64,000 nt of DNA. Source: Alphaproteobacteria bacterium (GTDB lineage Bacteria > Pseudomonadota > Alphaproteobacteria > UBA828). This document shows, one piece after another, positions 20,098-29,630 of the stretch. Numbering within the stretch: the stretch's first letter is position 1; every line of letters starts with the position of its first letter. The DNA lies in the NCBI GenBank assembly GCA_963667785.2, contig CAXXMU010000002.1:1-64000 (forward strand), given 5' to 3'. The position numbers and the translations under genes are program-made. The notes below the pieces were generated by a model that was not told the origin of the DNA, ran no database searches, and saw only the letters and a program-made list of their open reading frames with translations.

Positions 20098-21357
20098 ATG
20101 AGTAAGCCGGGAGTTCGCGGAGTGAGGGGAGAGTTCCAGAAGATTGTGGCGACCCTCATGCGAACGTTGCTGGAGGAGCATCCCACGCTTCTGCAAAGGC
20201 AAGAGATCGTCAGCCTGATGGATGCGGAGCATTGCAAGGATGAGCTCGGCCTGAGCCTCCCGAACCTCGCGCTTCTGCGTCATCGGAACCAAGGGCGTAT
20301 GATTCAAGGTCACGGCCGGTACTGGGAGCATGTGTACGCTGACGAGTTCCTCGTGTGCTCGCAGTGGTGGAAGGAGCATCACCAAGCCAACGCCCGTGCT
20401 CTGTCGAGGTTCGTGTCCGCGCTCGCGCGGAGAAGACCGGAGGACGCTGGTTCTCGGACGCTCTTGCAATATGTCGAGGCTTTCGACCGTTACGCTGCCA
20501 GCGGCAAAGCCGACTCGACTGCTGCTCCTGCTAAGCGAGCGCCGCAAGTGCAGCCGACCCGACGACCGGGAGCGGACTGGCCGGCGTGGCCAACGCCGAG
20601 CGACGAGGATTTGCGTGAGCTTGCTCGAGCGATGACACCGTTCGTGCGTTTCCTCGATCCTGGCATCGTCTACGCTGTCGTCGAGGACAATCGCCGCATG
20701 GGGGCAGACTGGTCTTCGCGGCTTGAGGCGCTCGGCATCGATCCCGCCATCTATCTGTGGGAAGGCTCGCCCTGCGTTTTCCCGGGCGTTCGTCGGTACG
20801 CCGGAAGCACGGAGATTGCGGTGTTCCGGCAACGGGCTGCGGCGGACGAAGTTCCCCCGCAATGCCTTACGCTCGACGACAACGACTATCCGAAGCATTT
20901 GTGGGCGTTCGCCTTCACCGGCAAGCCGTTCCGCAAGCGCGGGCCGGACGGCTACCAGCTTGCGCACCTCTTCGACCACAAGGAGCACGGGAACCGCTGG
21001 CGCGAGGAGTTGGATGTCCCGCCGGATGCCAAGGAGCCGGTACTGCCGTACGGGTTGTTCACGAGCGCGGCGAACTCGGCTTATGTACCGGGCGCTTTCC
21101 TGAGGCCCACGGACTTCTCGCCCAAGCTACGGAGTCTGATCCAGCGACGGGCGCAGCAACTCTACGGCAGGATTTGCCGCATCGTACCGCCGCCCCTGGC
21201 GGTAAAGCCCTGCGAAGACCAGAACTGGTCTCTCGACAATTTCCAGTGGAGCACGCCCGTGGGCGGCATGGACAACGTTCCTGGCTTTCTGGAGTTCCGT
21301 CGCGAGCGTCTGGGGGAACTCTTCGACAAGCGGCATGCAGCGCTGCGGACGGACTGA
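20098..21357 (+). CDS. Two-domain hypothetical protein; C-terminal domain is a putative His-Me (HNH-like) nuclease
   Basis: Long clean ORF. N-domain RYW...FLVCSQWW; Ala/Pro linker; C-domain YQLAHLFDHK...GLFTSAANSAYVP. Confidence 0.6.
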   Translation: MSKPGVRGVRGEFQKIVATLMRTLLEEHPTLLQRQEIVSLMDAEHCKDELGLSLPNLALLRHRNQGRMIQGHGRYWEHVYADEFLVCSQWWKEHHQANARALSRFVSALARRRPEDAGSRTLLQYVEAFDRYAASGKADSTAAPAKRAPQVQPTRRPGADWPAWPTPSDEDLRELARAMTPFVRFLDPGIVYAVVEDNRRMGADWSSRLEALGIDPAIYLWEGSPCVFPGVRRYAGSTEIAVFRQRAAADEVPPQCLTLDDNDYPKHLWAFAFTGKPFRKRGPDGYQLAHLFDHKEHGNRWREELDVPPDAKEPVLPYGLFTSAANSAYVPGAFLRPTDFSPKLRSLIQRRAQQLYGRICRIVPPPLAVKPCEDQNWSLDNFQWSTPVGGMDNVPGFLEFRRERLGELFDKRHAALRTD

Positions 21358-21368
21358 CGGTCGGCGCG

Positions 21369-22536
21369 TTACTGCAGGTCGGCATGTCCGGCCATCCCCT
21401 CGGCGATGAGGTTGCCGACGCGCTCGGCGGCCTCGACGAGGTGGCCGTCGGCGAGGTGGGCGTAGCCCGCCGTCGTGCGGTGGCGGCGATGCCCGAGCAG
21501 CTTGCCGACCTGCGGCAGGTTCTCGCCGGACATGACGGCGTGGCTCGCTACGGTGTGGCGCAAGTCATGCAGGCGCAGCCTGCCGAGCCGCGCCCGCTCC
21601 CGCACGGTGTGCCAGCACTCGGTGAGGCTGTAGGTGCCCCGGCCTTCGGCAAGACACGGGAACAGGAACGCGTCCGGGTCGCGCGCGCCGGGCAGCGTGT
21701 CGATGTGCGCCCGCGGGGCCGCGCCGAGCGGCACGGCGCGCGGCCCCACCTTGGAGTCTTCGAGCTTCAGCGCGTCGTCGCCGACGTTCCGCCAGCGCAG
21801 ATCGAGCACCTCGCTGCGGCGGCATCCGGTCAGCGCCAGCAGCCGGATCGCGGCGACCGGCTCGGGCCAGCGTGCTTCGTGCGTGTCGAGCGCGCGCCCG
21901 AGCCGGGCCAGTTCGTCCGCGCCGAGGAACAGGGCGACCTGCTTCCTGGGGTTCTTCGCGATGCCGAGACAAGGGTTGGTGTCCCGCTCGCGCAAGTCCC
22001 ATTCCTCGGCCCGGAACATCATCGCGCGCAGGAGTTCCCGCGCGCGGTTGGCCGCGCCGGGCTTGTCCCTGCTCGCCGCGTCGAACCACGCGGCCACGTC
22101 CTCGGGGCCGATGCGGTCGAGCGGCATCCAGCCGAACGTCGGCAGGATGCGGGCCTTGAGATAGATGCGCATGGTCTTGCGCCCGGAGGGCTTCCAGAGG
22201 GGTTCGCAGCGCCGCAAGTATTCGTCCGCGAACTCCCGCAGGGTCAGGGTCCCCTTCTCCCTCTGGATGTCGTCGGCGGGGTTATCGCCCGCGCGGATGC
22301 GCGCGACCATGTCGCGGGCGCGGCGGCGAGCCTCGGCAAGCGCCATCTCGCCATGCCGGGCGATGACGATGCGGCGGCTCCATCCTTCGATGCGCGCCTG
22401 CACGATCCAGACCTTCCGGCCCGACGGGTGGATGCGCAGCCCGAAGCCGGGCAGTGCCTTGTCGAACAGGATCGTGTCCTTCGGGCCGGGCTTGCTCTTG
22501 CGCAGCTAAACGCGGGGTAAGGTCAACCTTGGGCAT
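21369..22536 (-). CDS. Tyrosine recombinase/integrase with arm-binding domain (frameshift near 22502)
   Basis: LPGFGLRIHPSGRK arm-binding domain; TGCRRSE, DSK, HDLRH, LLGH and TTAGYAH catalytic residues all present. Confidence 0.88.
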
Positions 22537-22675
22537 GATCGCACCCTCCCTCGTCCTCCGCGCCCCTTCCGGCCAGGGCCGCATGGGTGTGGTTCGACAC
22601 CCGGTCGGCGGCGTCCGTGACCGACCGGTCCGACAGATGGACGTATCGCTCCGTCGTCTCGACCAGGGCGTGCAG
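22523..22675 (-). pseudogene. C-terminal remnant of a further tyrosine integrase
   Basis: Manual translation gives LHALVETTERYVHLSDRSVTDAADRVS...HAQG*; its stop overlaps the start region of the next integrase. Confidence 0.7.
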
Positions 22676-22684
22676 GCCATGGCG

Positions 22685-22891
22685 TCACGCCGGCATCTCG
22701 CCGGGACGCGTTCGCTGGCGTTGCGCCATCCAGTCGAGAATTTCTCGCTTGCTCCAGGCGCGTGCGCGGGGGCCAATCTTCAGCGAGCGCGGGAACTCGC
22801 CCGATTGCATGAGCAAGTAGATTCGGCTGCGAGAAACACCAGTGAGCTGGGTCACGGCGGGCAGCCGCAAGAGCTGATCGTCGCCAGACAT
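22685..22891 (-). CDS. alpA: AlpA-family regulator/excisionase
   Basis: LLRLPAVTQLTGVSRSRIYLLMQSGEFPRSLKIGPRARAW; GGAGG RBS. Confidence 0.9.
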   Translation of the reverse strand: MSGDDQLLRLPAVTQLTGVSRSRIYLLMQSGEFPRSLKIGPRARAWSKREILDWMAQRQRTRPGEMPA

Positions 22892-23007
22892 CCGCTTTCC
22901 TCCAGTGGCGCGTGAAGCCGTACAGGGAGGCGTAGCAACCTGCGACGGTCACATGTGAAGCAAAGATAACTGCAGGTGCGCTTTCGCTGAGACTGCCCGC
23001 CTGTCAG

Positions 23008-23865
23008 TCAGCCAGCGTCGGTATCTTGGGCCGAGCCGTCTTGGATCGGGTCAGCAGTCGGTGCATTGAGCTCACCGGCGATGTGGCGTGCAGTCCTCTC
23101 CCCCATCCAGCGCCGGAAGGGCTCACCGGTGCCGTCGGGAGGGTTCAGGACAGATGCCAGCCCTTGCGGCGGGAGGATTGGCCGCCCGACACTTGTTCGA
23201 TCTTTCCGTTGGTACCGTCTCCAGCCATTGCGAACCATGTGGTAGGTGACCCGCTGGTACACTTTGTAGTCGCCATGGCGTGCGGCGACCACTTCACAAA
23301 CTGCGCCGCAGATCGTGTAACCGGTCGGCTCTTCTCCTTTCGACAACGCGCGTCCAAGGGATAGACGCTCGGGCCAACGGTTATGTTCTTGAACATATTT
23401 CACCGCAGAGATTGGCATAGAGAGCACGTGGTCGCGCAGTGCTGTCATGCCTTGCGCTTGGCCACGCGGCCCGCGCCGCCGGGACGGGGAGGGACCGGGA
23501 CACCACTCCCTCAAGCGTATGGGCATTTGCGTCCCTGTTTCGCGGTATAGCTCCTTGGCACGTTCCAGCGCGGGTCGCGCATGTGCCAGGAGGTCAACTT
23601 CCTCGATCAATGCGTGGCACCAGAGTTCCGGCCGAATGCCCTCATTAGGTCGGCCATGCAGACAGATCCTCGCATTTCCTTCTACTAAGTCGCGGAATTG
23701 TCTCTGCTGTTCCTCTGGAGAGAGAGCAGGGAACCGTAAACTGAGCTCTAATCTGTCTTGAAGCGTCGGGTGCGCCAGAACGTGGTCGACGATCCCACAG
23801 GCCTCAGCATAGGCGTCCTCCATGTCCTGTCGCTTCCGTGCCGCTCTCCGCTCCCGTTCACGCAT
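23008..23865 (-). CDS. Hypothetical protein between integrase and alpA
   Basis: 285-aa ORF overlapping the integrase stop; lower GC; typical position in integrative elements. Confidence 0.6.
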   Translation of the reverse strand: MRERERRAARKRQDMEDAYAEACGIVDHVLAHPTLQDRLELSLRFPALSPEEQQRQFRDLVEGNARICLHGRPNEGIRPELWCHALIEEVDLLAHARPALERAKELYRETGTQMPIRLREWCPGPSPSRRRGPRGQAQGMTALRDHVLSMPISAVKYVQEHNRWPERLSLGRALSKGEEPTGYTICGAVCEVVAARHGDYKVYQRVTYHMVRNGWRRYQRKDRTSVGRPILPPQGLASVLNPPDGTGEPFRRWMGERTARHIAGELNAPTADPIQDGSAQDTDAG

Positions 23866-25093
23866 TTGCCTGTCCCTTACGGCGCACCATCGTCACGACG
23901 GCGCCGGCGGCGCCGTCGAGGTAAGAGGCCCATTGATCCATGAGCGCGCGCCGACGCTCGAACAGGTCGGTGCGGTTGTAGGCGGCCTCGACCTTGTCAC
24001 GCACCGTGTGGGCCAGAGCCGCCTCCATCACGTCGCGCGGGGCGTTAGTGCACTCGGCCGCCCAGTCGCGGAAGCTCGATCTGAAGCCGTGCGGCACGGC
24101 GTCGAGGTCTAGGTCGCGCATGAGCTTGGATAGCGTCATGTCCGAGAGCGGCTTGCCGGTTCGGGTGCCGGGAAAGACGAGGCCGCTTCCGTCGGAGAGC
24201 GCCTGCACTTCATCGAGGATCGCGAGCGCGCGTTCGGACAGCGGCACCCGATGTTCGCGCCCGGCTTTCATGCGTGAAGCCGGTACGGTCCAGGTCTTCG
24301 CGTCCCTGTCGATCTCGTCCCAGGTGGCGAGCCGGACCTCGCCCGAGCGCGCGGCCGTCAGCACCAGAAACTCGAAGGCGAGCTTTACGGACCTCCCGGC
24401 GTTGGAGCCACGTACCGCCTCGATGGCGGCCGCAACCTCCCCGTGCGGCAGGGCTCGATGATGGCGCTTGGTCTTGCCGTTGTGCTTGGGAAGAGCCGCG
24501 CCGATCGCGTCGCCGGCAGGATTGTCGCCCCGGTAGCCCTGCGCCACGGCCCACTTCATCACGGTGGAGACGCGTTGGCGCACGCGTCGGGCGGTCTCGG
24601 GCTTCTCGTTCCAGATCGGCATGAGGACAGCCATGACGTCGGCGGTCGTGATGTCTGCGACGGATCGCTTGCCCAGGTGCGGGTGGACGTAGGTGCGCAG
24701 CGTGGCCTCCCACTGGGCGGCGTGCTTTTCGCTGCGCCATCCGTGGCGATGCAATTCGATGACGGTCGCGGCTGCAGACTCGAATGTCGGGGTATCGGTC
24801 GTGAGGCGACGCTGCGCCAGCGGGTCACCGCCAGCCCGCGCGATCTTGCGATTCGCCAGTGCGGCCTCTCGCGCCTCGGCGAGGGATACGAGCGCACACC
24901 CACCAAGTCCTAGTGTGCGCTGCCGTCCGTGGATGACGAGCCTCTGTCCCCAGCGCTTGGCGCCCGAGGGGTCGACCTTCAGGAACAGCCCGTTGCCGTC
25001 GTTGTAGCGTCCGGGCTTCGAGGCCTTGCGCACGAAGGCCGGGCTCAGGGCCTTGTCAGGGTGCTTGCCCTTCGGTTTTCGACCGTCCGCCAT
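23858..25093 (-). CDS. P4-type tyrosine integrase
   Basis: YNDGNGLFLKV arm-binding domain, LTAARSGEVR, RMKAGREHRVPLS, HGFRSSFRDW, ALAH, AAYNR. Confidence 0.95.
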   Translation of the reverse strand: MADGRKPKGKHPDKALSPAFVRKASKPGRYNDGNGLFLKVDPSGAKRWGQRLVIHGRQRTLGLGGCALVSLAEAREAALANRKIARAGGDPLAQRRLTTDTPTFESAAATVIELHRHGWRSEKHAAQWEATLRTYVHPHLGKRSVADITTADVMAVLMPIWNEKPETARRVRQRVSTVMKWAVAQGYRGDNPAGDAIGAALPKHNGKTKRHHRALPHGEVAAAIEAVRGSNAGRSVKLAFEFLVLTAARSGEVRLATWDEIDRDAKTWTVPASRMKAGREHRVPLSERALAILDEVQALSDGSGLVFPGTRTGKPLSDMTLSKLMRDLDLDAVPHGFRSSFRDWAAECTNAPRDVMEAALAHTVRDKVEAAYNRTDLFERRRALMDQWASYLDGAAGAVVTMVRRKGQANA

Positions 25094-25234
25094 GGCGATT
25101 ACCCTCTTTCCCACTCCCTATACTAGACGGGATTGTACGGGATGGCGCGAGGCCGTGCAAGACGCGACACATGCATGAAGAGCCTTATTTCATAGTGTTG
25201 TGGAGACATCTCAGGACGTTGAGAAAAGTCGACA

Positions 25235-25255
25235 TGGCGGACACCCCATCCGCCA
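25235..25255. other. Putative att site: palindrome containing a tRNA-like 3' end
   Basis: TGGCGGA-CACCCCA-TCCGCCA, 140 bp upstream of the integrase start. CACCCCATCCGCCA resembles a tRNA-Ser acceptor end with CCA. Confidence 0.6.
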
Positions 25256-25285
25256 CTGTCGTCCTGCCGGTACCGAACGGGCGCT

Positions 25286-26140
25286 TCAGGCGCCTGGATG
25301 GAGCTCGCCGATTTGCAGCTTCACGTGCCGTACCGCGTCCGAGTGCGGTGCGGGCGCTTCCAGGAGCTGAATGCCGATGCGCCCGAGGGTCGGCAGGAAC
25401 CGGGTATCGGACACGATCCGCAACCCGCCGGGGACCATGTCCTCGGCCATGACGGCAACGGCCGCCCCGGCCGCGACGGCGCAGTGAATGACCTGCTCGT
25501 TGGCGCTGCACACCACCTCGCGATAGGCGATCCCCCGGGCATGCAGCGCTTCGAGAGCCGCCGCTCGGAACGCATGGCTGTCCGGAAAGCAGGCGATGGG
25601 GAGCGCGTTCCATTCGCCTGGCGCGAAGTCGGGAGAGGCCACCCACCGCAGGTGGGGGCGGGAGAGAAGCGCCGCCGCCGGCAGCTCCCGCGGCGCCACC
25701 GCGACCGCCAGGTCGAGCGCATCCTCCCGCACCATGCGCCGGAGCGCCGGGCTGTCGGCGCAGACGACGGCGAGCTCGATGGCGGCGTAGAGCCGCTGCA
25801 CCCGCTCGAGAACTCTGGGAAGCAGGTGGACGGAGTAGCCCTCCGCGATTCCGAGCCGGACACTGCCCTTGATATGCCTCGCGCTCGCGCGATCGATGAG
25901 CCGGTCGTGCGCGTCGACGATGGCTCTCACGCCGGGCAGAAGGTCGTGGCCCGCGACCGTCAGCCTGACGTCGTTGCGCTTGCGCTCGAAGAGGCGCATG
26001 CCGAGCTGATCTTCCAGCCCCTTGATGCGCAACGACATCGTTCCCTGCGAGCAACCGAGGTGTTGGGCGGCGGCGGAGAAGCTGCGATTCGACGCTACGG
26101 TAAGGAAGGAGCGCAGAATCCTGGTGTCGATATCAGACAT
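25286..26140 (-). CDS. LysR-family regulator
   Basis: LRSFLTVASNRSFSAAAQHLGCSQGTMSLRIKGLEDQLG HTH. Confidence 0.92.
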   Translation of the reverse strand: MSDIDTRILRSFLTVASNRSFSAAAQHLGCSQGTMSLRIKGLEDQLGMRLFERKRNDVRLTVAGHDLLPGVRAIVDAHDRLIDRASARHIKGSVRLGIAEGYSVHLLPRVLERVQRLYAAIELAVVCADSPALRRMVREDALDLAVAVAPRELPAAALLSRPHLRWVASPDFAPGEWNALPIACFPDSHAFRAAALEALHARGIAYREVVCSANEQVIHCAVAAGAAVAVMAEDMVPGGLRIVSDTRFLPTLGRIGIQLLEAPAPHSDAVRHVKLQIGELHPGA

Positions 26141-26311
26141 GATTCATGAGTAAATAGATATATCATTTTAGTCAATATTTAGTCGGCATACTTGCGCGCG
26201 TGTGGAGAGGGGCAGCCGCCGTCGCGCGTGCGGCGGAGGGGGCGTGGGCCCGGCCGCGGTCGCCCGCTCACGGCAGGCACGACGGACTTGCGGTCTCCGG
26301 CGTCGCGCCCG

Positions 26312-27181
26312 TCAGGCGCCGGCAAGGCCCGCTTCGCGGTACGCGCGCATGATCTCCTGCCTGACCGCCGCCGCGGCCTCGGACTGCAGGGTCGAACGCT
26401 CGAGAAGCTGGATCGACGCCGTGCCCAGCGGCGGAAGCAGCGACGGCGCCGACAACACGCTCAGCGTGTCCGGAATGGCGCCTTCGGGCAGGACGGCGAT
26501 GGCGGTTCCCGCTTCGACGGTGGCGCGAATCACCCGCGCATCGGCGCTGCACAGCACCTCCCGGTAGGTCATCCCCCGGTCCTTGAGCGCAGCGGCCGCC
26601 ACGGACCGGAAGAAGCAATCGTCCTCGTGCCAGGCGATCGGTACCGGAACGAGCGGGTCGAACTCGAAGCCCGGCGCCGCTACCCAATGGAGCTGTGCAT
26701 GGCAGATCGTCACCGCCGAAGGCTCGGGCTCTGGCAGCGTGACCACGGCGATATCCAGCGTGCGCGCGTCCATCATCTGCTGCAGCCGGCGGCTGGGCCC
26801 GCAGTGGACGTCGAACTCCGCATCGGCGTTGTCCTGCAGCACGTTCCTCAGGAGCTTCGGCAGGAGCAGCATCTCGTAGCCGTCGGCGACGCCGAGTCTC
26901 ACCTTGCCGAACACGCGCCTCGACTGCAGGCGCTCGTACATCCGGTCCTGCAGGTCGACCATCGCCCGAATGTCGGGCAGCACGTCGCGTCCCTCGGCCG
27001 TCAGCTTCACCTCGTGAGGGCTTCGGTCGAACAGGCGGAGTCCGAGCGCGTCCTCCAGCTTCTGGATGCGGATCGACATGGTCGCCTGGGAGCAGCCGAT
27101 CTGGCGCGCCGCCTTGGAGAAACTCCGCTCCGCTGCGAGACAGAGGAACGAGCGCAGCTGCTTGGAGTCCAGATCGATCAT
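26312..27181 (-). CDS. LysR-family regulator (paralogue of the neighbouring gene)
   Basis: LRSFLCLAAERSFSKAARQIGCSQATMSIRIQKLEDALG HTH. Confidence 0.92.
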   Translation of the reverse strand: MIDLDSKQLRSFLCLAAERSFSKAARQIGCSQATMSIRIQKLEDALGLRLFDRSPHEVKLTAEGRDVLPDIRAMVDLQDRMYERLQSRRVFGKVRLGVADGYEMLLLPKLLRNVLQDNADAEFDVHCGPSRRLQQMMDARTLDIAVVTLPEPEPSAVTICHAQLHWVAAPGFEFDPLVPVPIAWHEDDCFFRSVAAAALKDRGMTYREVLCSADARVIRATVEAGTAIAVLPEGAIPDTLSVLSAPSLLPPLGTASIQLLERSTLQSEAAAAVRQEIMRAYREAGLAGA

Positions 27182-27287
27182 TGAAATCTATTATTCCAAT
27201 ACTTCACACCGGTCAATTGGCGGTTTCCTCCCGGTGCGAATTTCCGCGCACGCCCGCCCGATTCGACGCTCTTTGGGCCGCCGGCGC

Positions 27288-27815
27288 TCAGCGGACCACG
27301 GCATCGCCCTCCAGGTAGCGCTTGGGCCAGGCGATGCCCTGCCAGGTCTGGACGTGCACGGGGTCGAGGCGCACCAGCCAGCGCTTCCAGCCCATGGTGG
27401 GCTCGAGATAGCTGGGGCCGTTCTCGCCGTAGTAGCGGATCGACATGGTGCGGGCGATCTCCACCCAGCGGCCGCCGACGTTCGGCCGTTCCACGATCAC
27501 CGCCTCGCACTGGGCGAGGAAGCGGCGCTGCACGCCTGTGTCCGACTCCCGGTCGGCGGCGGACGATTCGTCGATCGTCACCGCGCAGCGCGGCCGCGCC
27601 TCCAGATGGTGTGCCCAGGCCGAGCGCGCCCGCGGCACCAGCCAGAGCGCAGCGCCATCCCACTGGTACCAGCAGGGCACGACATAGGGCCAGTCGTTGT
27701 CGTCGAGGCAGGCGACGCGGGCGAGGAAGGGCTCCGCCAGGAAGCCGTCGATCTCGGCGACGCTCATCCTGCCGATCTTGCCGCGCCAGCTCTCGTCGTT
27801 CTCCGTCGCGCTCAT
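27288..27815 (-). CDS. Pyridoxamine 5'-phosphate oxidase-like (split beta-barrel) protein
   Basis: LARVACLDDNDWPYVVPCWY...RPRCAVTID. Confidence 0.8.
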   Translation of the reverse strand: MSATENDESWRGKIGRMSVAEIDGFLAEPFLARVACLDDNDWPYVVPCWYQWDGAALWLVPRARSAWAHHLEARPRCAVTIDESSAADRESDTGVQRRFLAQCEAVIVERPNVGGRWVEIARTMSIRYYGENGPSYLEPTMGWKRWLVRLDPVHVQTWQGIAWPKRYLEGDAVVR

Positions 27816-27840
27816 CGCTCCTCCCGATCCGATCCAGTCC

Positions 27841-28890
27841 CTACCAGTCGTCTTCCGCCATGTCGGCGCCGAGGTGGAACAGGCAGTCGCCGCGCTCCAC
27901 CCGTCCCGGCACGCGCTTGCAGACGACGAGGCCGGTCTGATCGAAACGGATCTCCGTCGGCTCCCGCCACGGCGTCTCCGGCGTATGGATTAGGCCCGCG
28001 CGCTGGCCCTTCGTCACCTCGGCGCCGAGTTCGACGACGGGCTCGAACAGACCGTCCTCGCTGGCGTAGGTGAAGTAATCCCACGATTCGGCGGTCAGCA
28101 GGCGCGGCTCCACCGCCGGCTCCTCGTCGTCCGTCACCGGGCCGTGCCAGACGCCGACATGGCGGAGCACGCGGCGCACGCCGGCCTCGCAGATGCGCAG
28201 GCATTCCGGCGTGACCGTGCCGCCGCCGCCCATCTCGGTGCCGAAGGCGACGACGCCGCGGTCGATCGCCGCCCGCATGTTGGTGCCGCCCCAGCCCCGG
28301 GTCGCCGGGAAGAGAAAGCCGTAGGGCGCGCCGAAGACCCGGCCGAGCTCGATGATCCGGGCCTGCAGGTCGGCCGGCATCGCCGCATCGCGAAGCACCA
28401 GGCTGGGCAGGTACATGAGCGAGCTGCCGCCGGAATGGAGATCGAGCATGTAGTCCGCGCGCGGCGTCAGCTCGGTGTCGATGTAGTGGGCGAGCATCTC
28501 GGTGAGGCGTCCGTCTTGCTTGCCCGGAAACACGCGATTCAGGTTCAGCTCGTCGATGGGGGAGGTCCTGAGCCCGGCCTTCGCGGCCGGGTAGTTGGCC
28601 ATGGGAAAGATGATGATGCGGCCGGTCACGTCGACCGGGTCGAGGCTGCGGGTGAGCCTGGTGAGCGTCACCTGCCCCTCGTACTCGTCGCCGTGCACGC
28701 CCGACGTCAGCAGCACTGTCGGCCCGTCGCCGTTCCTGATGCAGACGAGCGGCACGGGCAGCCACCCGTATGCGGAGCGGTGGACGGAGTGGGGCAGGCG
28801 CAGATAGTCGCACTGCTTGCCGTCACGCTCGAAATCGATCTGCGTGGCGAGCCGCGTGCCCGTCTCTTCCATGGTGTCCGTCTCTTCCAT
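27841..28890 (-). CDS. Succinylglutamate desuccinylase/aspartoacylase family deacylase (DoeB-like)
   Basis: GVHGDEYEG, LNLNRVFPG, LDLHSGG, TEMGGG; alternative start at 28872. Confidence 0.88.
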   Translation of the reverse strand: MEETDTMEETGTRLATQIDFERDGKQCDYLRLPHSVHRSAYGWLPVPLVCIRNGDGPTVLLTSGVHGDEYEGQVTLTRLTRSLDPVDVTGRIIIFPMANYPAAKAGLRTSPIDELNLNRVFPGKQDGRLTEMLAHYIDTELTPRADYMLDLHSGGSSLMYLPSLVLRDAAMPADLQARIIELGRVFGAPYGFLFPATRGWGGTNMRAAIDRGVVAFGTEMGGGGTVTPECLRICEAGVRRVLRHVGVWHGPVTDDEEPAVEPRLLTAESWDYFTYASEDGLFEPVVELGAEVTKGQRAGLIHTPETPWREPTEIRFDQTGLVVCKRVPGRVERGDCLFHLGADMAEDDW

Positions 28891-29032
28891 GGCGTCGCTC
28901 CTGGGTCGCCCCCCGTGCGGCCAGTCTGCCCGCTTCCGGCCGCTGCCGGCAATGGCCGCGCATCCCGCGCCCGTTTGACGCAGGCCGCCGGCGCGGCCAG
29001 TCTCCCGCACGAAGCCAAACGGGAGGAACGCC

Positions 29033-29356
29033 ATGGCGCTCTACGAGATGAGGACCTACACGCTGAAGGTCGGCAAGCTGCCCGAGGCCGTCTCGCACTA
29101 TCAGACCCTCGGCTGGCCCGCCCTGGAGAAGGGAGGCTTCGGCGCCAAGCTGGTCGGCTACTTCATCGCCGACACCGGCACCATCAACCGGCTGGTGCAC
29201 CTCTGGAAGTTCGACGACGACGCCGACCGCCGCGCGCACTGGGCGCGGCTCTTCCAGGACGACGACTTCATGAACTTCGCCGGCAACTTCCGCCCGCTGG
29301 TGATGACCCAGGAGGTGGAGCTGCTGAACGCGGCGCCCTGGGGCCCGCATCCCTGA
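29033..29356 (+). CDS. NIPSNAP family protein
   Basis: LYEMRTYTLKVG...GTINRLVHLW...DRRAHW; GGAGG RBS. Confidence 0.9.
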   Translation: MALYEMRTYTLKVGKLPEAVSHYQTLGWPALEKGGFGAKLVGYFIADTGTINRLVHLWKFDDDADRRAHWARLFQDDDFMNFAGNFRPLVMTQEVELLNAAPWGPHP

Positions 29357-29630
29357 GGCGAAGCGCCGTTCGGCCGGGCGGCGGGGGCGCGAAGTGACAC
29401 ACCCCCCCTCGTTTTTTATGCGGAATATCCCGGGACAACCCGGCATAAACCGGCACGAAGCGGCACTTTATGTGGCACAGCGTCTCGCGCGCGGCATGCA
29501 GGAGCGCGGGCGCGGGAGAAGGCCGCGCCTTCGCGCTCGTGCCGCCTGCCGTGGACTGCTGGACACTGCGTTGCATCGCGCGATCCTGACGCAGGCGCCC
29601 CGCGCCGTGCACCGCACCATGGTCCGGGGG

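Larger units (their letters stand above)
11340..25255. mobile_element. Mosaic, decaying genomic island with a P4-type integrase at the right end; left boundary uncertain
   Basis: Two tyrosine integrases, AlpA, a TA pair, an IS630 remnant, several truncated genes, patches of visibly lower GC and a tRNA-like att at 25235-25255. Confidence 0.7.

Noticed and set aside
22685-25093. Complete P4-like satellite or PICI
   Set aside because: Only integrase, a hypothetical gene and alpA remain; no primase/helicase, capsid-size or terminase genes are visible.
25180-25260. Intact tRNA gene next to the integrase
   Set aside because: Only about 14 nt resemble a tRNA 3' end; no T-loop GTTCGA or cloverleaf.
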